64,000 nucleotides of DNA from the human T2T-CHM13v2.0 reference genome, Homo sapiens. Each line of letters opens with the position of its first letter. The first letter of the stretch is position 1. Position numbers and translations under genes: made by a program. The stretch is from NCBI RefSeq assembly GCF_009914755.1, contig NC_060930.1; one strand, 5' to 3'. A model generated the notes under the pieces. The model was given only the letters and a program-made list of their open reading frames with translations. It searched no databases and was not told where the DNA came from. Of the stretch, positions 16,300-29,992 are shown piece by piece.

Positions 16300-16480
16300 G
16301 TGGATCCTGGCTTCTTCATGTTTAATATGTTGGATGACTTTTGGCAAATTACTTAAGTTTTCTCATGTTTAGTTGCCAGTTCTGTAGAACAGCAATAATA
16401 ATTTCTACTTCATAGCATTATTGTAAACATAAAATGAAATCACACATTTAAAGTAATCAGCAAGTACTAAGTACTCAAAC
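16300..16480 (+). mobile_element. MIR fragment
   Basis: gacttttggcaaattacttaag...tctgtagaacagcaataataatttctacttcatagc. Confidence 0.6.
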
Positions 16481-19149
16481 TCAGCTAGTAAGAACAAGAT
16501 CTTCTAAGATGGGCTACAAAAAGCCTGAATTATACATTATAACACTTGTAAAATGGGCTCAAAAGCAGTATCTGAGGAATTGTAAAAAGGCAATGTTGAC
16601 AGAACAAAGCAGGATATACAACTCAACATTCAACATTAATTTGTTTATAAAAAATAAAAATATTTGATAAAATGATTGCAAAGACACTTCAAAGTATTTG
16701 CAGCATTCACTTTTTTGTGTGATGAAATTATTAATATATTGATGAATACTGACACTATTTCACTGGCCTTGCCAGAAACGAGCCTTTTGGTGAATCATCT
16801 TGTTTACTTAACCAATGAAAATTCTGTACAACAGGGAATGAGCTAATCTAGCCTGAGCATTGCTAAAGGACGTGTGCTGAATTAGAGAACTCCGCAAAGA
16901 GCTTTGCACTGCAAGAATACTGTCCTACTCAAGTGGGTTCTTCATTAGCTTGTAGCCTATTAGTACTTCTGTCATGTTCAGACATACAAAAACAAGAAAT
17001 CAGAACCTGAGATCTAAAACATAGCTTTAACAGCACCTCATAGGACTCCCACAATGTATGCTTGAAAAAAACACAAGCCCAGAGCAGTTATGTGACAGGC
17101 CAAAGTCAAGCATCTGGCTATAAGCACAGCCTGGTTAAGAGTCTAAGTCTTGCCATTTACAGACCCCTGATTTCCCCTCGACATTCTGATGTCAAAGTGG
17201 AAGTATGACGACGTATCTGGCCAAAACTGCCTTAACCGTATGTTAATGAGAGAAAGAATATAGGTTTCGCCTAAGTATCAAAAACAAGGTAGTGAAATTC
17301 AGAATAATTTCAACACATCATCAAGGTTGCTTTTCTTTGCTGTTCAAATGGAAACAAAATACAGTACCAAAAAAACAAAACAAAACAAAAAAATCAAAAA
17401 GCAAAATCTCTTACAATGCAGTTTTTACACAGATAATGGTTTTGTTCTTATCTTTGAAGGTCACAAATATTCATAGTGCTATTCAGTCACCAGTAAAAGG
17501 TAATGCAAAGACGACAAATATTGTTTCATGTAACAATTACATTTTACTGAAAGGCAAAGTAATATGACTTGCATAATCTCAGAATTTTTTTAATTACAAA
17601 GGAAAAGACCCCAAATCCCCTTTTCATGAACTCTTCAAATAATAAAAGATAGGCTCACAAGCCAAAGGCGGCAGAATAATTAAGATTCATGACTATAAAG
17701 AGCTAAGAAGGAAGCTGGGCTTTCACAGTGAGAACTAATAATGTAATCATGAAAAAATAGGAACAGTGCCCTGGGAGAGAGAGAGGACTGAGACCTAAGA
17801 GTAAGGCTATCTTCCTGTGGGTTTCATGTGCAGAGCCTACATGCCACTACAGATTGTCATGCTGCTGAGAGGAAAGGTGCACTTTGCATTTAAAGAGTAA
17901 CCCCAGTTCTGAAATTTGAGCGGCAGTTAAGAATAACTTCTAGGAAGGTTACTTTGGCATCTTGCTTTTCTTCCCAAAAACAACCTGCCTTTTCCGTTTC
18001 CAAATTCTCTACCCAAGGCTGCTCTTTAGTCTTAGAAATCTACATATTGAGAGTTGCATCAATTGCATTCAAAGTGTGTAAGTCTTTCTTTCCTACCTTG
18101 ATAGCAAGCCACATTCATGCAGTTGATGTGGTCACCCAGTAATTCACCTCTTCAAAGCACATGAAAATTCTTAAGGAATAAAAGACGTAACTTGGAAGAT
18201 GATGAGGAATAGTAACTGCAAAGTATACAAGTTGTATGACTTGGCAGCATAAATAAAAATTGAGAGAAACAGGCCTAAGAATGTATTTTACACATAAAAA
18301 ATCTGTAATTGCCTTTTGTGCAAGATTATTAAAGGCAAAAAAAAAAAGACCATTTACAAAGCAATTAGGTGTTATCCTGGGGAAAATGTGATGTTAAAAA
18401 GAAGATTACAGTCAATCGTTCAAAGCCTTTTCTTGTGCCCTGTAGGGTCCTTTGCTTTAAATGTGCAATTGAGGAGTTGACCTACTAGGGATATCTGATG
18501 AGGTTCTACAAGCCAAGCTGCTGATGGCAGAGGATAGCTTCATTACAGTGTGATAACAGCCTAATTCTGCTGCTTATTACAGACCTGAAGTGCCCCCAAA
18601 TATAATTGGATATTTTTCCCCATCTGAATTCCAACATCATTGCTAGTCACTGAGAAGTGACAAATAGAGGACATACTCAGCATTGCACAGAAATTCCAAG
18701 GACATGACACTAAATTAAGGAAAATGGATTCTAAATATGAACAGTCAGGGAAGGTAAAGAGAGATGAACAGCAGAGATTTTTTCCCTCACATTAACCTTG
18801 CAGTCTCCTCTTATTTTCCTTAGTGCACTCTTACTCAGCTGAAGCCTCTCATTCTATAGTTTTCTCACATTTGAGCCACTAAATAAAAATCAGGGGCTAA
18901 TGATTCAGAATACTTACTAATATGGTTCACCTGCAACCTTTCAACTGGGAACTCTAGTCATGAATTCCACCTCCCAAAAAGGACATTGTGCTTGGTATTC
19001 TTATTCCCAGGAGTATGTGTTGGAATTTTACATTGAACTATTCATTTTAGATTATGATTGCAAAGATCAGTGTGTAAAGGGGACTCTAATAGATTTGTCA
19101 GCACCAGCTATGCTACAATTAATAACGAAGAGCTTTTTAGAACACTGAT

Positions 19150-19640
19150 GAAGGTCAAATATCAGACTGCTTGGATTTGAATACTACCTAGCATTGCGAG
19201 CTAGGTGACCTTCAGCAACTTCCCAGCTTCTTTTTTGAATGGAGTCTCGCTCTGTAACCCAGTGTCTCAATCTCGGCTCACTGCAACCTCCACCTCCTGG
19301 GCTGAAGCAATTCTCCTGCCCCAGCCTTCCAAGGAGCTCGGATTACAGGTGCCCACCACCATGCCTGACTAATTTTTGTATTTTTAGTACAAACGGGGTT
19401 TCACCATGTTGGCCAGGCTGGTCTCGAACTCCTGACCCCAGGTGATCCACCCGCCTCAGCCTCCCAAAGTACTGGGATTACAGGCTTGTGACCCCGCACC
19501 CAGCCCTTCCTGGCTTCTTAAAACTCCAGTGTTTTCATCTCTAAAATGGGCATAATAACAGTACATGTTAGCAATGATTCAGTGAGATAATCTCTTAACA
19601 GCTTAGCACTGTACAAAACACATTGTCACCAAATGTTAGC
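19150..19640 (+). mobile_element. MIR split by an Alu
   Basis: MIR motifs before the Alu (ggtgaccttcagcaa) and after it (ttttcatctctaaaatgggcataataacagtac). Confidence 0.7.
19231..19505 (-). mobile_element. AluSx-like with small internal deletion
   Basis: Antisense Alu with diverged TSD cttcc(ca/tg)gcttctt. Confidence 0.93.
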
Positions 19641-19751
19641 TTATGTTAGGAAAGTGTTAAAGAGAAAATGAGCAGAGAACTAAGGTCTGTTTTTCTTAAG
19701 GGATATCCTTTAAAAAATGACAAAATTGTAATACATTTAAACCTCTCGAGG

Positions 19752-19938
19752 AGAGATTCTCAAACTCTAGCATTCATGAGAATCACCTGGAGAGCTTGTT
19801 GAATTTTTACCCACCCCTACATTCTGGCAGTGTCTGATTCAATAGGTGTGGGGTAGAGGGCTGAGAATTTGCATTTCTAACAAGCTCCTAGGTAATGTGG
19901 ATGCTGCTGGCCAGAAGACTACATACTGAGAGCTGCTG
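19752..19938. mobile_element. MER5A (hAT-Charlie MITE)
   Basis: ttctcaaact...gaatcacctggagagcttgtt...gagaatttgcatttctaacaagctcc...gatgctgctgg. Confidence 0.85.
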
Positions 19939-21812
19939 CTATAGCAAAAGGAGAGCGAGCTGATTAATTGGGCACTGACCACGTGTCAGCCACTATGTAC
20001 CTATGGCATTTATTTCAGTGAAAAGCACTCATCTTTCTATCCAGATATAAAAGCCACATTTCTAAGCCAGTCATGAATATTGCCATTCAGTTCTAAAAGA
20101 TTGACAAGTACTAAGACATTCTCCTGGGCAAAAAAAATATATTTGCACTTATATACATATGATTGGAATCAATTCTGGTCACACTACTTAATAAACAGAT
20201 TTTTGTATCTATTAATATGCTTTGGTCGGTGAATAATGTACTCTGCCCTACACTCCAAGATTTACATGCCAAAGGATTTGTCATACCAAAATAAAAAGAA
20301 CACAGGGGAATGAAGTGATGGGTCAGAAAATTAAGTTCATAATAAAAGTATCATTTTTTGAGATTCCTTATTCTGACATTAATCCAAATTTCAGTATCAG
20401 TAACTATCAGTAGTTATAAGTAAATTTTTAATAAGAATTGTATAATATATTCTAATTACTCTTTTTGCTATCATTATCAGCACTTTAAAAATACAATATG
20501 CATAATAAAATAACACCACAAAATAAACTGAAAATGTGTTTAAAATTCTCCATGAGCACTTGGGGGAGTGGAATTTTTTTTTAAAACTAGTTTAAAATGG
20601 AAATAAGAAAAAGGACTATTTTAAACCCTTGAAACTTCACATTCAAGATAAATAATAAGGACATTTCTACCTACTTCTCCCTTTTACTTAAAATATTATT
20701 CAGGGCATAATCTTTAAAGCCACTCAAATCAATAAATGCTACACAAAAGCCTGGTATAGGAACAGGGCAACCTCATCAATGCCAGCTTCATAGTACAATA
20801 ACATTCTATCTTATTGAATGTTAAGGTGTAAAATACAAATTAAATATGGCAATATAAGGAGTAATTCCACTTTTGTCTTCTTAGAATGCATTTCTTGACT
20901 ATAGTCAATTTCACCTTCATAGCCAGGACCAAGTGAAGCAAGTTTTAAAATAAGTGGATAATGGAAAACAAGCCTTTATTTGGTGAATTTTAATATATTC
21001 TGCTTACAAATCACTAGTAAATAACTTTTAGAGCAAAGCTTCTTACAAAATGCTTTAGTCTTACTATCATTCAAATAATCAACTGCATATTCCTACTAGT
21101 TATTGGTACCTATGCCTATTGGATTTCTCCATTTTTCTTTCATCTTTATCTTGGATCTTGATCTTCTTGAATCTTAGCCAAGAACATGCTCAAAGAACTC
21201 TAAACTCAAAGAAAATTCAACGTGTGATTTAAGAGGAAAGCCTTTCATTTTCATTTTGTTTCATTGTAAACAAATTCCTTTGACTATTTGAGATTTTTTT
21301 CTAACAGAAATAAATGAAATTTGGAGAAAAGTATTTTGGTGGTAGTTTGAGCATTTTCCTTTAACCAAAGCAAAAACCAGAGTTTGTTTTGCTTTTGAAA
21401 ATAGACATCTATAGATAATTCTTCTATAGTGTAAAGCAAAGTCTAATTTTCATGAAATTCTATTTGTTAGTCAAATTATCCCATTCGGCCCTTTGGACAT
21501 AGGTATTTTCTAGAAGCTAAGATTGAGACATAAGGAATAGAATGTGATTAATGAAGATTTGCCGAAGAAGGAATTCCAGACACATCCAATGACTGTTCAA
21601 CAGTGGTGGAAGTCACACTCCCTATAGAAATAGCTCTTTACCATGCTGTTTAATACCAGATGCCACATATGAGTTAACTTTGGGAAGATGCACTAATTTC
21701 AAGCCCCTTTTGCCTAAGTAACTGTCATTAATTGAGCTCCTTCTATCTGCTAGCCATTGTACTGGAGACACAAGAAAAAAGACATTGCTCATCCCATCTC
21801 CCCTTTCTGACA

Positions 21813-21815
<3 letters not shown>

Positions 21816-21857
<42 letters not shown>
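21816..21857. repeat. (CA)n microsatellite, about 21 units
   Basis: Seen directly. Confidence 0.98.
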
Positions 21858-21859
<2 letters not shown>

Positions 21860-21939
21860 TCTCTCTCTCTCAACCTCCCATACAGAGGGTTTGCAATCCC
21901 CCGGGAGAGAAAAGCTACATACATTGTCCTTTTCCTTTA

Positions 21940-22720
21940 GTTTCCATCATCTGCTTTTGTACTGGAATTCTGCTTGTTTGCTCTAGCCACAATGGAACTC
22001 TTTCAGGTCTTTGAAGGCATCACGCTACTTCCTATCCCAAAGCCTGAGCATACTCTTCCCTCTCACTTGGGAAACGCTGTCTGCCTTTACCATGGTACAC
22101 ACTGTTCATTCTTCAGGTGTCACATTAAACACTGCTTTCTCAGCAAAGCCATCTCTAATCCCCTATAAGATGTCCTCAAAGCTCTGAGATACTTGCCTTG
22201 TAGCATGCATCACAGTAGGTAACCATGTATTTGTGGAAATTTCTGGTGCACATCCATCTTCTCTACTTGTCAACAGCAACATCAAATGGGCTTCCTTATC
22301 ACGTGCCATGCTAAGTGTTTGGAATACAATAATGAAGACGGAGTTTCTATTCCATGCAACTATATGCTAATGTTAGATGTAATCATCTAATAAAGATTGT
22401 AATAAATATTGAGACAAATAAGCAAGATTTTATCATTGTAATGTTAAAGGACTGCTTTAAATAATGGGAAGCTGATGCATCAGGAATGAGATGGTGCCAA
22501 CAAAAAATGTGCACCAGGCACAGGAAGAGCCAGTGCAAAAGGCTGGGAAGAGCCGCTTCTGGTGAAAAGCGTCAGAGGAGGATAAAAGAGCTGGAACTTA
22601 GCAAGCAATGGTGAGAGAACTATGAAAGAGGGATGAGAAGGCAAAGTAGGCAATAGACCTTATAGATCTCCACAGTCGAGGAAAGAATTTAATTCTAAAC
22701 CAACGGAAAGAGTGAGATTT
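21940..22720. mobile_element. L2 fragments
   Basis: Degenerate L2 3' motifs: cattcttcaggtgtcacattaaac; ccaggcacaggaagagccagtgcaaaaggc. Confidence 0.55.
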
Positions 22721-22991
22721 TGGTACAACCTAGTAAGTAGTAACACAAGAACAAGTAGTTCTGCTTAAAGAAAGAAAGAATGGTAAAGTACAAAGAGCAT
22801 CAGAAGTGATATATTGAGCCATACCTTAAAGGAAACTTCCCAAGAGAAAAAGGAAAGTTTATTAAATCTATACACTTGGTCTTTGCAACAGATTTCACAG
22901 AAAATTGTATTGAGAAGCGAATGCCCTTTGAAACAAACTCTTAGTGTCCCCATAAAATAATATCAAAGGCTGCTATGAGCAAAAATAAATA

Positions 22992-23025
22992 TTAGGTTGG
23001 TGCAAAAGCAACTGTGCCAACCTAT
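22992..23025. mobile_element. Internally deleted MADE1 (Hsmar1 MITE) remnant
   Basis: ttaggttggtgcaaaagcaactg-tgccaaccta with TA on both sides. Both Hsmar1 TIR tips are retained. Confidence 0.8.
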
Positions 23026-24386
23026 ACAAAGTGTCAGCCCAAGTCAAAAGTTTGTTCACTTGTCTAGATCAAGGAACGGCCAGCAAAATGTTTAGGATAT
23101 TGCTGGGCTACACACACAGCTGCAGAAAGTCAGACCAAGGATGCAGTCGCAAGCTTGGGAATTCTTGGGGCAGGAAAAGGAGATGAACTATGCAAGACAC
23201 CGGATGCCTGCTTCTAGAGTACTCTGGTGAAGGAATATCAAAGTTTACACTTTCCGTTCACTGCAGAAAAGTGAGGTGTTCCAATAATCATCAGGCAAAA
23301 CCTACAGTTGTTCTCAGGTTATGTGACTATATTTAAAAAGCCACCCAACTAATGGAACACAAACAAAAAGCTACTATTTTCTGACCCACCCTACACTGTA
23401 CCCAAGTAATCTGTTTCGGACAGGTCATTCCTTGCAGGTAAGATCAATATTAGCACACACTGTCCAAAAGCAAATCAGGCCAGTAAACTGTAAATTCTGT
23501 GAGAGCAGGGACCATGTGGATTTGCTCATTAACTTGGCATAATGTTTAGCTCATAGTAGATCAATTAACATTTGAATGAAATAATACACACCTGATAAAA
23601 ATAACACTATCACAAATAAGCATAAATGATACATAGCATGGTAGTTGAGGAGGAGAAATATTACTTCCCACCAGGGTGCTCAGGAAAACTAGCCACAGTA
23701 AAAGAGATTTGAGCTAGATATTGTAGGATCACAATTATGATAAAAATGACTATGAAGATGAAGATGAGGATGCAAATAACAGTTAACTATATAGAGCTAA
23801 CCATCTACTAGGCACCATCCTAAGCATTTTGATACATTAATTCATTAATCTCTAGTAAGCCTGTGAAGTAAAGCCTATTATCATTCTAATTTTTCAGATA
23901 AAACAGATTAGATGCGCTTTTGATTAACAGAAAAGTACAAGGAGAGCACAATAAGAACAAGAGATCAATAAACTCAGTAAATTCTAAATTAAAATGCAAA
24001 TTACCCCACCCTTCATTGTCCACAGATACCCTCACAACAGCCACAGAGGCAGGGTAAATAAACGATGCCCTCCCAAAGAACATTAGTAGAATCTATTTAT
24101 TGAATGTGCTGAATTCAAATGGCTTTTTTTCCCATCCCAGCCTTCAAACATGAGGTTTTTGGAGACACCTTGACAGCTCCTATAGTTCACTTAAATGGAT
24201 AATTTCTTTCTAAATCAAACAACCCAATTTCAATGCAGTTCTTAGCTCTTCTATTGGATGGGATGAGCAATGAGGTAAAGCGTGAAAGGAGAAAGAATGA
24301 TATTCATAAGACAAAGAAATAGAGCAGAGAAACCACTCTAAGTCCAGTGGTTTCTCTGCTATAAGTTCTAAACACAGCTTTCTCTT

Positions 24387-24771
24387 TGTATTAGTCTGTT
24401 TTCATACTGCTATAAAGAACTGCCCGAAACTGGGTAGTTTATAAAGGAAAGACGTTTAATTGACTCACAGTTCAGCATGGCTGCGGAGGCCTTCAGGAAA
24501 CTTACAATCATGGCAGAAGGTGAAGAGGAAGCAAGACACTTTCCTCACAAAGCAGCAGGAAAAAGCAGTGCTGAGCACAGGGGGAAAAGCCCCTTATGAA
24601 ACCATCAGATCTCGTGAGAACTCACTCACTATCACGAGAACAGCATGAGGGAACTGCCCCCATGATTCAACTGCCTCCACCTGGTCTCTCCCTTGGCATG
24701 GGGATAATAGGGACTTGAGGTTTACAATTCAAGGTGAGACTTGGGTGGGGATGGAAAGCCTAACCATATCA
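24387..24771 (-). mobile_element. THE1D/MSTA-type MaLR solo LTR
   Basis: tgtattagtctgttttcatactgctataaag...aaagcctaaccatatca. 5-bp TSD ctctt/ctatt. Confidence 0.92.
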
Positions 24772-25447
24772 CTATTTTACTAATTACTTTCCCGTAGAAA
24801 AGTTGCTTAAATTCTTTGGGCCTCACTTTCTTCATCTGTATGAAAGGATTGGGTTGGGTCATCTTTAATATCCCACTTGTCTACTTCTATGTAGATTTCT
24901 TAGTGAACTGGAAATTAAGAAAGTACATCCATGTCCATTCAGGAACAGAAATCAAAGCTTCCATATCTGCTGGAGAAAACAGAAGTTGCTGCAGTGAGAA
25001 TAGCATCAATTATTAGTTACACCTGCTCCATTACTTTGTCAATCCTTGACACTGAGCCAGGTGCAGTGGGAGCATTTGACAACCTGCTCTTACCTTCCTC
25101 ACAGTTGTTAGGACTTTCATTTAATTTCAGTAAATTAAGAAGCTAGTTAGGAATTCACTGTGGGAGAGGCTATTTTTAAAACTTAAGAAAAATTATCACA
25201 GAGGTCACTGATGCTGAGACAAGCATCAGTTCATAACCGGCCTTCCCAGGTAAGTGCATGAGGTCAGTGCTTTATGATATACAAACAGCTGAGCAGTCTG
25301 GGACACACTTTGATGATGCTCAAATTATTAAACCTTGTTAACCTCTCAGGAACACTCAGGGGACAACTATAAATAATGATTCTGACAGGTTTCAGGGTTT
25401 ATTTCTAAGTTATTATTTAGTATCCAAGAAATAAAAATTGTAGTCTG

Positions 25448-25669
<222 letters not shown>

Positions 25670-26451
25670 TCAAGATATCTGAGTTCTGATACTGGCCCTG
25701 CCATTGATTTCCTGTGCAATTTTGTGCAAGTCATCTAACCTCAGGAAGCCTGTTTCCTTATCTGCATAATAAAGGAGTTGAACTCAACATCATTCAAACA
25801 AACATATGGTACTCTACTAGGCACCTGGGAAACAAGAGTGAATACTAGTGTAGTATATTAGTGTATAAGTTCGGGAGCAAAATGCATGCAAATAACTGTG
25901 CTGGAGCCCAAATAACTAGATGGAGATACTGGTCCTTTCCTTTAAATGCTGGAATGCTATGCCACACCTCCTTCACCTATTTATTCATCATCCTAAGTCC
26001 TCTTTCCCAACAAAGACACAGAAAAAGGAAATAAACATTGCCCAGAAAGTGCTTGGCATACTCCTTCCTTGATCATACACTCGAATTCATTGAGAAACTG
26101 TCTTATGACTCATTCATTCAACAATCAGGTGCTAAAGATGAGCAGAGCAATGCCAGGAAGATCCAGATGTAAAAAATTGTCTGTCTTCAGGAACTCACAG
26201 GCTACTGAGAGACCGAAACAAACAGCACAGTGAGCACAATGACAGAGGATTACAGGATGCAATGGAAACACACAGGAATTGCACTTCCCCTAGAGGAGGG
26301 AAGCAAGGAATGAAGGAATACCTGAGAAGAAATTCTAACATACTGTTGTTTATTTTATCTTCTTATCAAAGATCTTATTAAAGCTAAAGTAATCCTATCT
26401 TGTTTATTACCTATTCCTCTGTTTATATGTTTATTTTCTTCCTTCCCTATA

Positions 26452-26970
26452 ACTGTTTTCTGTTGCTACTATAACAAATTACTGCAAGTTTAGCAGCTTA
26501 AACAACACAATTGTTTTATCTTACAGTTTTGGAGGTCAAAAATACAAAATGGATTCGATAGGCTAAAACCAAGTCATCAGAAAACCATTCCTTCTGAGAA
26601 GCGGGAGAATCTGTGTCCTTACCTTTTCCAGCTTCTAGAGGCCATCCACATTCCCTGGCTCATGACCCCTTCCCTCCGTCCTCAAAAATGGCATCACACA
26701 TCTTTCTGTACCTTTTTCTGTAGTCATAGCATTGTCTAACTAATTCTGTTCTTCTGCCTCCCTATTCTACTTTTAAGATTTTTTCTGTGGCTACAATTGG
26801 GCCCACCTGGATAATCCAGGCTAATTTACCTAATTTAAGGTAAGCCAATTAGCAACTTTAATTTCACCTGCAATCACACTGCCCTCCTTGCCTTGTAAAC
26901 TAACGTATTCACAGGTTCTGGGGATTAATGAATGGATGTCTCTGAGGGAACCACTATTCTTCCTCCCACA
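26452..26970 (-). mobile_element. MLT1C/D-like MaLR solo LTR inserted in L2 sequence
   Basis: ataacaaattac...agcttaaacaacaca...ttccagcttctagaggc...tattcacaggttctgggg...cca ca end. Confidence 0.85.
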
Positions 26971-27137
26971 CTCCTCTTCTAGAAAAATTCATTGTGAACA
27001 GAAACTTTACCTTTACCCACTATTGTAGCTTCAACAGGTGGAGCAGCACCTGGCACACAGAAGATACTCATTAGTTGTTTGTTGATTGAATGGCTAATTG
27101 ACAATGGTGATACCACACCAAAAAAAATCGTTAATTT

Positions 27138-27997
<860 letters not shown>

Positions 27998-29450
27998 ACT
28001 TTTTATTTCAATAGCTTTAGGGATGCAACTGTTTTTTTGTTGTTGTTTGTTTTTGGTTTGTTTGTTTGTTTGTTTGTTACAAAGAATGAATTGTATCACT
28101 GAACTCTGGGATTTTAGTCTACCCATAACCCAGATAGTGTACACTGCACACAATAGGTACTCTTTTTATCCTTCACCTCTCTCCCACCTTCCCTACTTCT
28201 GAGTCTCCAATGTTCGCTATCCTACTCTGTATGCCTCTGCATACCCATAGCTTAGCTCCTACTTATAAGTGAGAACGTGTGGTGTTTGGTTTTCTGTTGC
28301 TGAGTTACTTCGCTTAGCATAATGGCCTCCAGTTCCATCCAACTTGCTGCAAAATACATTATTTCATTCATTTTTGAGTCTCAGTAGTATTCCATGTGTA
28401 TATATACCACATTTTCTTTATCCACTCATTGGTTAATGGGCCCTTAGGTTGATTCCATATCTTTGCAGTTGTGAATGGTACTGCAATAAACACGTGTGCA
28501 GGTGTATTTTTTATATAATGACTTTTTTCCCTTGGGTAGATGCCCAGTAGTGGAATTGCTGGATTGGCTAGTAGATCTACTTTTAGTTCTTTGAGAAATC
28601 TCCACACCATTTTCCATAGAGGTTGTGCTAATTTAAATTCCCACCAGCAGTGTGTAGCATTCCCTTTTCAACACATCTGTACCAATGTCTATTGTTTTCT
28701 GACTTTTTGATAATGGCCATCTGGCTGGGGTAAGGTGACATCTCATTGGTGACATCTCATTGTGTGGTTTTAATCTGCATTTCCCTGATGATTAGTGATA
28801 CTGAGCATTTTTTCATGTTTGTTGGCCATTTGTATATCTTCCTTTGAGAAATGTATGTTCATGTCATTTCCCACTTTTAAATGGGATTATTTGTTGTTTT
28901 CATGCTGATTCGTTTGAGCTTCTTGTAGATTTTGGATATTAGTCCTTTGTCAGATGCATAGTTTGCAAATATTTCCTCCCATTCTGTAGGCTGTCTGTTT
29001 ACTCTGTTGATAGTTTCTTTTGCTGTCCAGAAACTTTTTAGTTTAATTAGATTCCATTTATTTATTTTTGTTTTTGTTGCATTTGTTTTGGGGGGTCTTA
29101 GTCATAAATTCTTTGCATAGTCCAATGTCCAGAAGAGGTTTTTCTTAGGGTTTTCTTCTAGAATTGTTACTGTTTCCCGTCTTAGATTTAAGTCTTTAAC
29201 CTATCTCGAGTTAATTTTTCTATGTGGTGAGAGATAGGGATCCAGTTTCACTCTTCTGCATGTGGCTGTCCAATTTCCCCAGTACCATTTATTAAATAGG
29301 GAGTCTTTTCCCCAGGATATGTTTTTGTCTGCTTTGTGGAAGATTATTTGGTTGTCAGTATTTGGCTTTACTTCTGGGTTCACTTTTCTGTTCCATTGGT
29401 CTGTGTGTCTACTTTCATACCAGTACCATGCTGTTTTGGTTACTATAGGC
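27998..29450 (-). mobile_element. L1PB-type 3' portion (ORF2 C-terminus and 3' UTR) containing a (TTTG)n tract
   Basis: ORF relics [13 protein letters not shown] and [10 protein letters not shown]. The 3' end reads tttatttcaatagctttaggg. Confidence 0.92.
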
Positions 29451-29539
29451 TAACATATCCCAGAAGACTTAAATATTATAGCACTATGGGAATAGAGGAG
29501 TAAGAGTTTCCTTATAAGAGCAGGTGCGGGTGTGGGATG

Positions 29540-29992
29540 CTGCATTTGCTTTCTATGGATGCTATAACAAAATATTATAAACGTGGTAGCTTTGAACAAT
29601 AAAAATTAGTTACTTTTAAGTTCAGAAGACCAGAAATCTAAAACCAAGGCATTAGCAAGGTCAATTCCTTCTGAGGGCTCTGAAGGAAAAGTTGTCCTAG
29701 GCCTCTCTCCCACCTTCTGGTGGTTGCCAGCAATCTTTGACATTCCTTTGCTTGTAGACACACCACTCCAATCCCTATCTCAATCTTTCCTTCACCTTCT
29801 TCTGTGTCTCTGTGTCCTCCCTTCTTCTTCCAAGGACACCAGAGGTTTTACAAGATCACCCTAAATCCAGGATGGGTTCAACTCAAGATCCTTAACTGAT
29901 GACATCTGCAAAAGCCCTATGTCCAAGTAACGTCACATTCTGAACTTCCATGTGCACATGAATTTTGGGAGGAACCTATTCAACCCACTCCA
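29540..29992 (-). mobile_element. MLT1B-like MaLR solo LTR
   Basis: gctataacaaaat...ttctggtggttgccagcaatc...catctgcaaaagccctat...attcaacccactcca. Confidence 0.85.
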
